This document shows positions 18,265-28,276 of a stretch of DNA of 64,000 nucleotides, piece after piece. Location of the stretch: NCBI GenBank assembly GCA_024638465.1, contig JAHEKF010000006.1, forward strand, positions 10,777 to 74,776. Direction: 5' to 3'. How positions within the stretch are numbered: the stretch's first letter is position 1; every line of letters begins with the position of its first letter. The DNA is from Rhodospirillaceae bacterium. GTDB lineage: Bacteria; Pseudomonadota; Gammaproteobacteria; Steroidobacterales; Rariloculaceae. A program made the position numbers and the translations under genes. Below the pieces are notes generated by a model that did not search any database, had not been told where the DNA came from, and worked only from the letters and a program-made list of their open reading frames with translations.

Positions 18265-20322
18265 TCAAAACTCCCACCTGGCGCCGAGCCGGAGAGTTCG
18301 CGGCTCTGCTACGCGACTCATCCGACAGTTAACGACATCGCAGTCGATATCCGCCGACGTTAATCCCGGTGGATCGAATCCGTCGACGTAGGCCTCATAG
18401 AAGTAGACGATGTCTTTGCCATCATTGTCGAAGACATTGAGCATCTCCGCGTAAAAAGTGACAGCTCCCATCGTATAGGCTCCGCGCAGATTGACGATCT
18501 TCTGCGATTCGGCACGCTGGGCATTGTCGGGAGTCAGCGCATAAGGACCGAGGTAGCGCAGGCGTGCGCTCGCTTCCCAGTTGCCGCGCGTCGCTGAGAT
18601 TCCGAGTTGCCCGGCATTCTCGAGCGATCCTTCTATAAAGCGACCGTCGGAAACGTCAGTATAACGAGCCTTGCTGTCGGTCCAGACGGCGTCGATACCG
18701 AGCCAGTCACGTGGTTTCCAGAACATCGTCAGCTCGTAACCTTCACGCCGCGATCCACCCTTCGGCTCCACGGAGTTCGAGTCGCCGACGAAAATCAGCT
18801 CGCTGTCGAGATTCAGCCACCAGTAAGTTGTCGTGAATTTGAAGTCACCGACTTCGAAGCGCGCTCCCGCTTCATAGCCCGTCCCCGGCGCCAGCCCCGC
18901 AACCGGATCGACGGGATTGACGACGCCGCGGCCGTCATTCGAGTGAAATCCTCTGCCCCAGCTTGCGTAGAGCTCGGCGTTGTCGTTGAACGCATAGGCC
19001 AGCCCCGCCTTCGGCGACAGCTGCGAATCCGTTTTGCTGCCGTTGGCGCTTCCGGGCGTAATAGCGGTGACATCGAAATCGTAGTGGTCCGCGCGCAGTC
19101 CGGCCATCACGCGTAGCTCGTCAGTCGGCATCCAGGTCGCGTCTACATAGGTGCCGATCGAGATCTCCTGAATATCGTTGTCGCTGATGTTCTCGACGAG
19201 AGAACCGTTTTCAAATTCGTCGAGCCCCACTGGGCCGATATCGTCGTATCGAAACTCGGCGCCGAAGTTGAGGTCGAGGTCGTCGCGATCGACCAGCAAA
19301 CGGTCGAAGCGCCCACCCGTCGTCGTGCGTTTATCGAACTGATTTATCTGGAAATCATAGGTTGGATTGGACTGCATGAACCAGTCGTAATACTGCAGGT
19401 ACGCGGACGCGTCCCAATCGACGCCTGTAAACTGGGCGCCGGCAATCCAGCGCGATGTGTTGCCGCCCGCGCTGGGATCCAGCGAGCAGAATTCGTTCGG
19501 GCATACCGCGCTGCCGATGGCGCGTTCGGGAACCTGCTCAGTCGGATGCCAGTCCCCCTCGTAGCCTGAGAGCGTGAAGGACATCTCGCCGAAGTCTGTC
19601 GACTGCGAATATTTGGCCCAGACGGAAGCATGCTCCAGGCCTTCCTCGCGCTGCCAGGGACCATCGTAGTTCTTGTATTCGCCGATAGCGGTCAACACGC
19701 CTTCGCCAACATCGGTACTTCCGCCGGCCGCGATTCGCCCCCAGCCATTCTGGCCGCTTTCGAGCGCAATATAGCGCGAGTCGAGGCGATTGATCGTGGT
19801 AATAAAGGATGCCGCCGCCATCGAGAAGTCACCGACGTCGGCACGATAGGGTCCTTTGCGATAATCGATTCGCTCGATGATCTGCGGCAATAAACCGTTC
19901 ACGTCGAGATAGCCCTGACCATGGCCATGGGAGCGAAGATTCCATGGCACCCCGTCGACGTAGGTGGAGAAATCCGTCCCATGATCGAGGTTGAAGCCGC
20001 GCAGGAAGTACTGATTGGCCTTGCCGCTTCCAGAGTGTTGCACGGCGACCATTCCCGGGACGGCTTCGAGAATCTCGGCGACACGAAGCATCGGCCTTAC
20101 GAGGAGATCCGCGCCGCCGACCGACCCTTCGCTCGCAGCCCTGGCGTCACCGAGTAGTTCCAGACCGCGCCCGAAGACGATCACCTCTTCGATCACCTCG
20201 CTGGCGGCCGCGTCGGGCTCGGTCGTCTGCGCCGCGCCGTACGATGCAGAAAGCGCGGCAATCAATGCTGTCGCAGCGGTAATGCTACCGGCCGGTCTCG
20301 GCCGGACAGGGCGATCGTCCAT
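18265..20322 (-). CDS. TonB-dependent outer-membrane receptor
   Basis: Has a signal peptide and a plug region (EVIVFG...RVAEILEAVPGMVAVQHSGSGKANQYFLRGFNLDHGTD). A long beta-barrel follows, ending in ...LRLGARWEF with a terminal aromatic residue. Confidence 0.9.
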   Translation of the reverse strand: MDDRPVRPRPAGSITAATALIAALSASYGAAQTTEPDAAASEVIEEVIVFGRGLELLGDARAASEGSVGGADLLVRPMLRVAEILEAVPGMVAVQHSGSGKANQYFLRGFNLDHGTDFSTYVDGVPWNLRSHGHGQGYLDVNGLLPQIIERIDYRKGPYRADVGDFSMAAASFITTINRLDSRYIALESGQNGWGRIAAGGSTDVGEGVLTAIGEYKNYDGPWQREEGLEHASVWAKYSQSTDFGEMSFTLSGYEGDWHPTEQVPERAIGSAVCPNEFCSLDPSAGGNTSRWIAGAQFTGVDWDASAYLQYYDWFMQSNPTYDFQINQFDKRTTTGGRFDRLLVDRDDLDLNFGAEFRYDDIGPVGLDEFENGSLVENISDNDIQEISIGTYVDATWMPTDELRVMAGLRADHYDFDVTAITPGSANGSKTDSQLSPKAGLAYAFNDNAELYASWGRGFHSNDGRGVVNPVDPVAGLAPGTGYEAGARFEVGDFKFTTTYWWLNLDSELIFVGDSNSVEPKGGSRREGYELTMFWKPRDWLGIDAVWTDSKARYTDVSDGRFIEGSLENAGQLGISATRGNWEASARLRYLGPYALTPDNAQRAESQKIVNLRGAYTMGAVTFYAEMLNVFDNDGKDIVYFYEAYVDGFDPPGLTSADIDCDVVNCRMSRVAEPRTLRLGARWEF

Positions 20323-20341
20323 GACGGATACTCCCGGAATT

Positions 20342-20383
20342 CTGTGGCCCGGGTCGTTCAGCGCCCGGGATGGATAGCCACAG
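20342..20383 (-). promoter_or_regulatory. 5'-leader stem-loop of the TonB-dependent receptor mRNA
   Basis: The minus strand reads CTGTGG-ctatccat-CCCGGG-cgctgaacga-CCCGGG-CCACAG. It ends about 20 nt before the GGGAG Shine-Dalgarno and ATG. Confidence 0.4.
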
Positions 20384-20415
20384 CATCTGCGTATCTGCAG
20401 CGATTGTCAGGTCAA

Positions 20416-20433
20416 CAACGGTTAATTAACTGT
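20416..20433. promoter_or_regulatory. 18-bp near-palindrome AACgGTTAATTAACtGTT (candidate operator)
   Basis: 16 of 18 positions are self-complementary. It lies about 95 nt upstream of the receptor ATG, next to a TTGACC -35-like hexamer on the minus strand. Confidence 0.35.
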
Positions 20434-20495
20434 TAGAGGAAGGCATTTTTTCTTTTAATTTTATTAAGTTACAGAACAATCGTCGGTGTCGGAGA

Positions 20496-20891
20496 TTACT
20501 GAAAGCGCCCGTGCCTCTCCAGTATCTCGATCTTGTAGCCGTCGGGATCCTGGACGAAGAAGAAGCGCGCCATCAGTTCTCCCTCCCGGTGGAACTCCTT
20601 GACGTCCGTCGGACCCAACCCCAGCGCAGCGAAGCGGTCGTGTTCCTGCCGCGCATCGTCCACACACACGGCGATATGCCCGTAACCGTCGCCATGGGTA
20701 TAAGGTTCATCGCGATCCTTATTGAGCGTCAATTCGAGCTCGAAATCGTTTTCTTCGTTGCGCAGATAGATCAGCGCAAAATCCTCGAAGTCGTAATGGT
20801 CCTTCACATTCAGATCGAATGCTTTATTGTAGAAATCGATCGACCTGTCCGCGTCAAGAACCCGAATCATCGTATGTATCGCTTTCGCCAT
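20496..20891 (-). CDS. VOC-family protein, glyoxalase I (lactoylglutathione lyase)-like
   Basis: MAKAIHTMIRVLDADRSIDFY...GYGHIAV...FVQDPDGYKIEILE matches the glyoxalase/bleomycin-resistance fold pattern. ATG 20891 follows GGGGAGAGG. Confidence 0.8.
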   Translation of the reverse strand: MAKAIHTMIRVLDADRSIDFYNKAFDLNVKDHYDFEDFALIYLRNEENDFELELTLNKDRDEPYTHGDGYGHIAVCVDDARQEHDRFAALGLGPTDVKEFHREGELMARFFFVQDPDGYKIEILERHGRFQ

Positions 20892-20964
20892 CGGCCTCTC
20901 CCCTCGTGCGTACCCGCATTCTATCGAAATACAATGCATTAACGATGGTTACGAGCTCCGGGAA

Positions 20965-22113
20965 ATGAGCGATCTATCGATAGCGATCGTTGGCGCGGGC
21001 ATGGGAGGTCTGGCTGCGGCCGCAACGCTGCGCCGCGCCGGTATCGATGTCAACGTCTACGAGCAGGCCAGGCGCTTCGAGCGAGTGGGCGCCGGGATCC
21101 AGATGATGCCCAATTCGATGAAAGTCTTGCGTGAGATCGGAATCGAGGACGATCTCAAGGCCTCGTCGTTCAGACCTTACTCGCACCTGAATCGAGCCTG
21201 GGACACCGGAGAGGTTCTTCGAGAGCTGCCGATGCCGGAAGAGCTTTTCGGCGCCCCTTATCTCTGCATGCACCGTGCAGATCTCGTCGCTGCGCTTGCC
21301 GGCAGGATTCCCGCGGACTGCGTGCACTTCGGCAAGAAGTTAAAGGGCCTCGAGGGGAAAGCAGACAACGTAGCGCTCGATTTCGAAGACGGCAGTCGCA
21401 TCGTCGCCGATGCCGTCGTCGGTGCGGACGGCGTTCACTCGCTGATAAGGGAAATCATTGTCGGCCCGGATCAACCGATTCACAAAGGACGAATCGCATA
21501 CCGTGCAGTGTACTCAACCGATCGACTCAAAGGGCGCGACATCGGGCCATCGCGAACCAAGTGGTGGGGGATTGATCGCCATATCGTCATCTATTACGTG
21601 ACTCACTCCCGTTCGGAAATCTATTTCGTGACCAGCGTCCCCGAACCGGCGGACTGGGTCACCCCGGAATCGTGGTCGGCCAAAGGCGATATCGAAGAAG
21701 TCAGAGCGGCCTATGAAGGCTTTCACGAGGACGTCCGCGCCGTTCTCGACGCCTGCCCCGACTGTCACAAATGGGCGATTCTGGAACGCGAACCACTGCC
21801 TGCATGGAGCGACGGACGCGTTGTCTTACTCGGCGATGCCTGCCATCCGATGACGCCCTATATGGCGCAAGGCGCGGCGCAGGCCATCGAGGATGCAGCC
21901 ATTCTGGCGCGCTGCCTGAAGTCCGACGGCGATGTCGAAACGGCGTTTGCGCGATACGAAGCCCACCGAAAACCGCGGACTTCACGAATTCAGGCAATCT
22001 CGAGCGCCAACACCTGGATGCAGGGCGGAGAGCAGGACACGAGCTGGCTATACGGCTACGACGCCTGGAATGCTCCACTCGACGAACCGGGCTCGATCGG
22101 CACCGCGGACTGA
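20965..22113 (+). CDS. FAD-dependent aromatic-ring monooxygenase (salicylate / 6-hydroxynicotinate 3-monooxygenase-like)
   Basis: Contains IAIVGAGMGGLAAA (GxGxxG) and LLGDACHPMTPYMAQGAAQAIEDA. 382 aa, with overall resemblance to NicC-type enzymes as recalled from memory. Confidence 0.8.
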   Translation: MSDLSIAIVGAGMGGLAAAATLRRAGIDVNVYEQARRFERVGAGIQMMPNSMKVLREIGIEDDLKASSFRPYSHLNRAWDTGEVLRELPMPEELFGAPYLCMHRADLVAALAGRIPADCVHFGKKLKGLEGKADNVALDFEDGSRIVADAVVGADGVHSLIREIIVGPDQPIHKGRIAYRAVYSTDRLKGRDIGPSRTKWWGIDRHIVIYYVTHSRSEIYFVTSVPEPADWVTPESWSAKGDIEEVRAAYEGFHEDVRAVLDACPDCHKWAILEREPLPAWSDGRVVLLGDACHPMTPYMAQGAAQAIEDAAILARCLKSDGDVETAFARYEAHRKPRTSRIQAISSANTWMQGGEQDTSWLYGYDAWNAPLDEPGSIGTAD

Positions 22114-22121
22114 CGTAGTCA

Positions 22122-23486
22122 ATGGACAACGATTCCGCACGCACCGGCGCGCGTCTCACGGCGCGCATGGAGAACGTGCCATTTTCGCGCTGGCATCGAA
22201 AACCGCGGATCGTGATGGGCAGCGCGACTTTCTTCGACGCGTTCGACGCATTGTCGCTGGCGTTCGCGTTACCCGTGCTGATTACGCTCTGGGACATCAC
22301 ACCTGGCCAGATCGGTATCCTGATCTCGGCAAGTTATCTCGGACAGCTTATCGGTGCGCTCTTGTTCAGCTCTATCGCGGAGCGCTTCGGACGCACGCGC
22401 GGCGCTACCGCAGCCGTCTTCATCATGTCGATCATGAGCCTGGCCTGTGCGCTCGCCGGCAATTTCAATGCATTGCTTGCAACCCGATTCGTACAGGGTA
22501 TTGGCATTGGCGGCCACATGCCGGTCGCGGCCGCGTATATCAATGAGTTATCGCAAGCAATCGGCCGCGGCCGGTTTTTCATGCTATACGAGATGATCTT
22601 TCCGATCGGCCTCATGGCGACAGGCCAGATCGGCGCGCGTGTGGTGCCGTCTTTCGGCTGGCAGGCGATGTTTCTAATCGGTGCGATTCCCGGACTCCTC
22701 ATCGCATGGCTCGTCTGGCGCCTGCCCGAATCGCCACGCTGGCTCATCAGCAAGGGGCGCTTCCGGCAGGCGGAAGCGGTCATCGAGGATATTGAAGCAA
22801 GCACTGAAAAGCGCCTCGATCCGACCCTTTCGCTGGACGCACTACCAGAACCGGCTACGAACGCGAAAAAGGCAACTTCCTGGCGCGAGCTATTGTCGGC
22901 AACCTTCAGAGCGCGCACGTTGACCGTCTGGGTTCTTTGGGCCAGCGCCTATTTCATCGCGAATGGCCTGAACAACTGGATGCCAACGCTCTACAACACC
23001 GTTTACGGACTCGAACTTCAGGATTCGCTGTTCGCCGCATCGTTGACGAACCTGACTCAGGTCGCCCTGCTGCTCGTCTGCGCGTTCACCATCGATCGCA
23101 TCGGACGTCGGCGCTGGGTAACGGCATCGTTTATTCTCGGCGCGATCATGCTGAGCCTGCTCGGCAGCTTCGGCGCTCAGAGCGTGATCGCGCTCATGAT
23201 TCTCGGCACACTGAGCTACGGCATCATCGGTTCGAGCAACGCGGTTCTGTACCTGTATACGCCGGAAATTTATCCGACCCGAATGCGCGCGATAGGTACG
23301 GGACTGGCGACGTCATGGCTCAGGCTGGCCTCGGCTGCAGCACCGGCGATGGTCGGCCTGATGGTGGACTCGAGCGGCATCGCTTCCGTGTTCTTGATGT
23401 TCGCGGGCGTTGCGGTCGTCGGCGCGATCGCGGCGACGCGCATGCTCGAGACGCAGAACCGGCGCCTCGAAGATATCGCTCAATAG
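22122..23486 (+). CDS. MFS transporter (metabolite:H+ symporter type)
   Basis: 454 aa with about 12 TM segments, the motif-A-like AERFGRTRG, and the sugar-porter-like PESPRWL. Confidence 0.85.
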   Translation: MDNDSARTGARLTARMENVPFSRWHRKPRIVMGSATFFDAFDALSLAFALPVLITLWDITPGQIGILISASYLGQLIGALLFSSIAERFGRTRGATAAVFIMSIMSLACALAGNFNALLATRFVQGIGIGGHMPVAAAYINELSQAIGRGRFFMLYEMIFPIGLMATGQIGARVVPSFGWQAMFLIGAIPGLLIAWLVWRLPESPRWLISKGRFRQAEAVIEDIEASTEKRLDPTLSLDALPEPATNAKKATSWRELLSATFRARTLTVWVLWASAYFIANGLNNWMPTLYNTVYGLELQDSLFAASLTNLTQVALLLVCAFTIDRIGRRRWVTASFILGAIMLSLLGSFGAQSVIALMILGTLSYGIIGSSNAVLYLYTPEIYPTRMRAIGTGLATSWLRLASAAAPAMVGLMVDSSGIASVFLMFAGVAVVGAIAATRMLETQNRRLEDIAQ

Positions 23487-23590
23487 CGCCGCGAGCTATC
23501 CTCAGTCACGCTGATCCGGCGACCGAGATCTGCTAGATTTATTCCGTTCCGGTCTATCGACACGCACCGGACGCCTGGCAGGAGATCGAC

Positions 23591-24121
23591 ATGAAACGCT
23601 TCACCGCACTAATCGCGCTGTGCGCACTACCCGTCGTCGGGTCCGCTCAGGACGGGGCGCTGGCAGAAAATCACGTCATCGTCCACGAGAAGCTGCACAC
23701 GTCCGGCCAGCCCGACGAGACACAGCTCTCGAGCCTGAGTGACCGTGGTTTCGGACTCGTCATTAATCTCGCGCCGCCGTCAGCGCGGAATGCCGTGCAT
23801 ACGGAAGGCCAGCTCGTCACCGAGGACGGCATCGCTTACGTCAACATTCCCGTCGTTTGGCAGACCCCCTCCTATGACGACTTCGCTCTCTTCAGCGCAG
23901 TCATGAACGAAGCAGGAGATCGTCAGGTACTGGTGCATTGCATGGTCAACGCGCGCGCTTCGATGTTCACGTTTCTCTATCAGGCGGTGCATGGTGGCGT
24001 GCCGGTCGAAGAAGCTTACGAGGTCGTCAAACAGGTCTGGGCGCCCGAAGAAGCTCCCCAGTGGGTCGACTTCGGCAACCGGGTGCTCGAGCGCCACGGC
24101 ATCGCGCACGATCTGTTCTAG
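23591..24121 (+). CDS. secreted PTP-like/DUF442-type phosphatase-fold protein
   Basis: Has a signal peptide (ALCALPVVGSAQ) and an HCMVNARAS Cys-Arg loop resembling the DUF442/beta-lactamase-hydrolase-like phosphatase fold. Confidence 0.6.
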   Translation: MKRFTALIALCALPVVGSAQDGALAENHVIVHEKLHTSGQPDETQLSSLSDRGFGLVINLAPPSARNAVHTEGQLVTEDGIAYVNIPVVWQTPSYDDFALFSAVMNEAGDRQVLVHCMVNARASMFTFLYQAVHGGVPVEEAYEVVKQVWAPEEAPQWVDFGNRVLERHGIAHDLF

Positions 24122-24133
24122 CGGCTTCCTCCA

Positions 24134-25327
24134 ATGCGCGGATCGAGATTCCTCCTCGCCGGTCTGGTCGCCGGCGCCAATTCGACTGTCGCTCAATCGC
24201 CTCTGTACACGGAAGTTACCGATACGTATCTCCCGGCGGGTATCGCGGGGCGTTGCATGGACGCAGCGGCCGGCGATGCGGATGGTGATGGCGATCTCGA
24301 TATCGCGCTTGCGCTCGAGTTCGAACCGAATATTCTTCTGCTCAACGATGGCCGCGGCCGATTCGAAAACCGGTCCGATCAAATCCCGCGCGAGGTACAT
24401 GACAGCGAAGATGTCGAATTCGCCGATCTCGATGGAGATGGCGATCTCGATCTGTTTCTCGTCAGCGAAGACGATGAGACTAACGAACTCTACCTTAACG
24501 ATGGAAGCGGACGTTTCATCGATGCGAGCCATCGTATTCCCGTCACGGACGTCTCCAATGGACATGCCATTCTGGATATCGACAACGACGGCGACATGGA
24601 TTTATTGATTGGCAATCAGGGGCCGAACAGACTCCTGATTAACGACGGTGAGGCAGGCTTCACCGATCGATCCGCCGAACTATGGCCGAACGATTCGCCT
24701 ACGCAAGATCTCGAAGTGGTCGATATCGACGACGACGGCGATCTCGATGTCATTGTTGCAAACGAAGCGCAGAACCGGCTGTTTCTCAACGACGACGGCA
24801 TGCTCATCGACGCCACCGCAGCGCGGCTGCCTGCCCGTGAGGACGAGACACGAGAAATTCGGGCCGCCGACGTGGACGGCGACGGCGATCCGGACCTGCT
24901 CGTCGCGAATGTCAGCTTCGTAACGCCCTGGTCGCGGCAAGACCGTTTACTCATCAATAGTGGAGACGGGTTCTTCGCAGACGCGGGCTCCGATGCCTTG
25001 CCCGCCGACAACCGCGACCACTTCACGATCCAGGCAGCAGATCTCGATTCCGACGGTGACCTTGATGTCATCACGCCGCATTCTGTGGTCAGGGGCGGGG
25101 CAGGCGATTACCGCGTGCTGCTAAACGATGGCCGCGGCAATTTCTCCGAGTCGGCAGCAGGCAGCGTGATTCCCGCGACGGCAGACGGAAACGGATTCGA
25201 TGTCGAGGTCGCCGATTTCGACGGCGATGGAGACGACGACTTGTTCTTCTGTAACCGCAGTTCGGTCGCGAATCCCGGTGCAGGAGTCGCTTCCGGTGGC
25301 CAACCGCGTCTCCTGCTGCGCAACTAG
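24134..25327 (+). CDS. FG-GAP/VCBS repeat beta-propeller protein (CRTAC1/ASPIC-like)
   Basis: Seven or more repeats of D-x-D-G-D-G-D-L-D followed by ...LLNDG.G.F. (for example GDADGDGDLDIALA, DLDGDGDLDLFLV, DIDNDGDMDLLIG). A signal peptide is present. Confidence 0.85.
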   Translation: MRGSRFLLAGLVAGANSTVAQSPLYTEVTDTYLPAGIAGRCMDAAAGDADGDGDLDIALALEFEPNILLLNDGRGRFENRSDQIPREVHDSEDVEFADLDGDGDLDLFLVSEDDETNELYLNDGSGRFIDASHRIPVTDVSNGHAILDIDNDGDMDLLIGNQGPNRLLINDGEAGFTDRSAELWPNDSPTQDLEVVDIDDDGDLDVIVANEAQNRLFLNDDGMLIDATAARLPAREDETREIRAADVDGDGDPDLLVANVSFVTPWSRQDRLLINSGDGFFADAGSDALPADNRDHFTIQAADLDSDGDLDVITPHSVVRGGAGDYRVLLNDGRGNFSESAAGSVIPATADGNGFDVEVADFDGDGDDDLFFCNRSSVANPGAGVASGGQPRLLLRN

Positions 25328-25331
25328 GCTG

Positions 25332-26534
25332 CTAGAACTCGTGGAGCGGTTCCGGCTCGCTCGCGGCCAGCCAGAGCAACGCGAACGCGGCTATCAGCAG
25401 CGCCGGAATCATTGCGAACTGAACCGTGGTCCAGCCGTAGCCATGCAATAGCGCGCCGGAGAGAAAAGACGAAAACGCGACGAGCCCGAACACGAAGAAA
25501 TCGTTGATACCCTGTACCTTAGCTCGCTCAGCAGCGAAATGGGTCGTTCCGAGCAGGCTCGTCGAGCCGACGAAACCGAAATTCCAGCCAAGACCGAGTG
25601 CTATCAGCGACACATAGAAGTACTCGAGTTCGACGCCGCTGATCGCAATAACGCCCGCTATCGTCAGAAACATCAATCCGGCTCCAATTACGCGCAGATG
25701 TCCGAATCGCAGAATAATCGAGCCGGTGAAGAAGCTCGGCGCGAACATTGCGATCGCATGCCAGCGCACGACATCGGCTGCCTGAGCCGTCGAGAAACCA
25801 TGCCCATCCATGGCCAGCGACGTCGCGGTCATTACCAGCGCCATGACACCGTAGGACGCCATCGCGCAGACAACGGCAACGAGCGTCGTACGCTGGCGGA
25901 AGATTTCTCCAAGCGGTCGGGCGCCGTCCGTAACAGGATCGCGCTTCCGCGGTTTCGGTATTTCGAGGAAAAAGAAACAGAACGAGCCGATCACATTCAG
26001 CAGAAAGACCGAGGCATACGCGCCCGCATACGGTACGGGATCGAAAAAATCCGCGGTCGTACGCACGACTTCCGGTCCGATCACCGCGGCGAGCAGCCCG
26101 CCCGCCAGCACCCAGGAGATCGCTTTCGGCCCGAATTTCTCGGACGCGGTATCCGCAGCGGCAAACCGAAAATAGCCCTGTGTCGATTGGTAGATACCGG
26201 TGCACGCGGTGCCGAGGAGCAGCAACTCGAATCGGCCAACCAGCAAGGCTATTGTGCTGATTACGCCTCCGGCAGCACCAGCGGTCGTGCCGAGCAGAAA
26301 TCCGAGCCGGCGACCGTAGCGACCCATGAACAGTGACACGGGCCCGGTCATGCACATCGTAACCAGCAGCATCAGGCTGATCGGTAATGTCGCCAGCGCC
26401 TTGTTGTCGGCCAGCAGAAAACCTGCCAACCCGCCCAGGATGATGTTCACCGGCATCTGTGCGCCAAGAATAGCGTGTGCGGTGAACAGCACGGCAACGT
26501 TGCGCTTCGCGCGACGGTCATCCGGTTGGGACAT
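25332..26534 (-). CDS. MFS transporter
   Basis: 400 aa with 12 hydrophobic segments and the motif-A-like FMGRYGRRLG. It lies directly downstream of the acyl-CoA ligase gene. Confidence 0.85.
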   Translation of the reverse strand: MSQPDDRRAKRNVAVLFTAHAILGAQMPVNIILGGLAGFLLADNKALATLPISLMLLVTMCMTGPVSLFMGRYGRRLGFLLGTTAGAAGGVISTIALLVGRFELLLLGTACTGIYQSTQGYFRFAAADTASEKFGPKAISWVLAGGLLAAVIGPEVVRTTADFFDPVPYAGAYASVFLLNVIGSFCFFFLEIPKPRKRDPVTDGARPLGEIFRQRTTLVAVVCAMASYGVMALVMTATSLAMDGHGFSTAQAADVVRWHAIAMFAPSFFTGSIILRFGHLRVIGAGLMFLTIAGVIAISGVELEYFYVSLIALGLGWNFGFVGSTSLLGTTHFAAERAKVQGINDFFVFGLVAFSSFLSGALLHGYGWTTVQFAMIPALLIAAFALLWLAASEPEPLHEF

Positions 26535-26545
26535 AGAAACGACTA

Positions 26546-28180
26546 CTATTCAGAAGGCAACGCGTACTCGGCGAACTGCTCGCGCAACCTGAGCTTGGAA
26601 ATTTTGCCCGTCGCAGTATGCGGAAGCTCATCGACGAATTCCACAGCGTCCGGAATCCACCAATCTGCGACTTTGCCCTTGAACGAAGCCAGCAGGTCGT
26701 CCTTATCCGGCTTTGCGTTATCCGCCGACACGACGACGAGCAACGGCCGTTCGCTCCATTTCTCATGACGCACACCGATCACGGCCGCTTCGCGGACACC
26801 AGGATGCGCGACCGCATGATTCTCGAGCTCGATCGAGCTGATCCATTCGCCGCCGGACTTGATGACATCCTTGGTGCGATCGGTGATCTGCATGTAGCCG
26901 TTCGCGTCGATCGTCGCGACATCGCCGGTCGAAAACCAGCCATCCTCGTCATGCGAGTCGCTTGGTCCATCCTGTCCAAAGTAGCCGTCGCAGACCCACC
27001 AGCCTCGCACTCGCAGATCGCCAAAAGCCTTGCCATCCCAGGGCAACTCCTTTCCTTCGTCGCCGACAATTTTCATGTCGATCCCGAAAACACCGCGTCC
27101 CTGTTTCACGCGCAATGAATCGTTATCTTCCCGCGAGAGCTTCTCCATCCCGCGCTTCGGTGCGTTGACCGTACCGACCGGACTCGTCTCGGTCATACCC
27201 CAGGCATGCAGAGTTCTGACGCCGTGCTTCTGCTCGAATTCGTCCATGATGGTCAGTGGACAAGCGGCGCCACCGATAACGGTACGATCGAGGCTTGGGA
27301 CGGTCTTGCCTGAGTCGCGGAGGTAAGCGAGCAGCGCAAGCCAGACTGTGGGCACGCCGAGCGCAAGCGTAACTCCCTCTGCTTCGATGAGGCTCTGGAG
27401 CGATTCGCCGTCCGCCATCTTCGGCCCCGGGAAAACGAGCTTGGCGCCCGTAATCGCCGCCGAAAACGGCGATCCCCAGGCATTGACGTGGAACATCGGC
27501 ACGACCGGCAGCACCACGTCTCGATTGCAGAGGTTCAGAGCGTCGGGCAGGCAGCTCGCATAGGCGTGCAGGACCGTCGACCGGTGGCTGTAGAGAACAC
27601 CCTTGGGATTGCCCGTAGTCCCCGAGGTATAGCAGAGCATATTCGCTGTATTTTCATCTAGTTGCGGCCAGTCATAGTCGTCTGACTCCGCTCCGAGGAG
27701 CGTCTCGTAACAGACCAGATCGAGCGAACTCCTTTCCGGCATGTTGTCAGCCGACGTCAGGACAACGTAGGTCGCGACGGTCGGCAGTTTGTCGGCCAAA
27801 CTCTCGACCAGCGGCAGGAAAGCGATATCGAAAAACAACGCCCGGTTCGCAGCGTGATTAATAATGTAGACGAGTTGTTCGGCGAACAGCCTCGGATTGA
27901 CCGTATGAAGAACTCTACCGGCACATGACACCCCGAAATAAAGTTCGAGATGACGGTAGTCGTTCCATGCCAGCGACGCGACGCGCTGACCACGTTCGAC
28001 GCCGAGTCGCTCGAGCACATTCGCGAGTTGGCGCGCACGTCGGAAAACATCGTGGTACGTGCACCGATGCAGCGGTCGATCGGCGGTTATTGACACAACT
28101 TCTGAATTACCATGATGACGTTCAGCGAAGTGCATGATTTCGCTAACCGTCAGTGGTGTCGTCATCATCCTGCCTAACAC
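26546..28180 (-). CDS. long/medium-chain fatty-acid--CoA ligase (AMP-binding superfamily)
   Basis: Contains the AMP-binding signature [19 protein letters not shown], plus WFSTGDVA and GKISK at the C-terminus. GTG 28180 follows a GGAG Shine-Dalgarno. Confidence 0.9.
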   Translation of the reverse strand: MLGRMMTTPLTVSEIMHFAERHHGNSEVVSITADRPLHRCTYHDVFRRARQLANVLERLGVERGQRVASLAWNDYRHLELYFGVSCAGRVLHTVNPRLFAEQLVYIINHAANRALFFDIAFLPLVESLADKLPTVATYVVLTSADNMPERSSLDLVCYETLLGAESDDYDWPQLDENTANMLCYTSGTTGNPKGVLYSHRSTVLHAYASCLPDALNLCNRDVVLPVVPMFHVNAWGSPFSAAITGAKLVFPGPKMADGESLQSLIEAEGVTLALGVPTVWLALLAYLRDSGKTVPSLDRTVIGGAACPLTIMDEFEQKHGVRTLHAWGMTETSPVGTVNAPKRGMEKLSREDNDSLRVKQGRGVFGIDMKIVGDEGKELPWDGKAFGDLRVRGWWVCDGYFGQDGPSDSHDEDGWFSTGDVATIDANGYMQITDRTKDVIKSGGEWISSIELENHAVAHPGVREAAVIGVRHEKWSERPLLVVVSADNAKPDKDDLLASFKGKVADWWIPDAVEFVDELPHTATGKISKLRLREQFAEYALPSE

Positions 28181-28276
28181 GACATTCTCCGTTGTTCTTG
28201 TTCGTTTCGGCTCAAACTATACCGCCTGGCAGGATTAGAGTTTGCGCTGTCGCCCTGGCGTGATAATAATCCGCGC

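Noticed and set aside
18349-18385. A T-loop-like GGATCGAATCC string that might indicate a tRNA.
   Set aside because: No acceptor, D or anticodon stems can be drawn around it. It lies inside the C-terminal barrel coding region of the TonB-dependent receptor.
20323-20495. A cobalamin or other riboswitch, or a Fur box, upstream of the TonB-dependent receptor.
   Set aside because: The leader is only about 100-170 nt. It has no B12-box-like sequence and no GATAATGATAATCATTATC-like site. Only a simple hairpin and an unrelated palindrome are present.
24134-25327. Periodic GAYGGYGAYCTSGAY-like DNA repeats that might suggest a tandem repeat or CRISPR-like array.
   Set aside because: They are the coding image of FG-GAP Ca-binding loops (DxDGDGDLD) within one continuous ORF. 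Their spacing is irregular and there are no conserved direct repeats with unique spacers.
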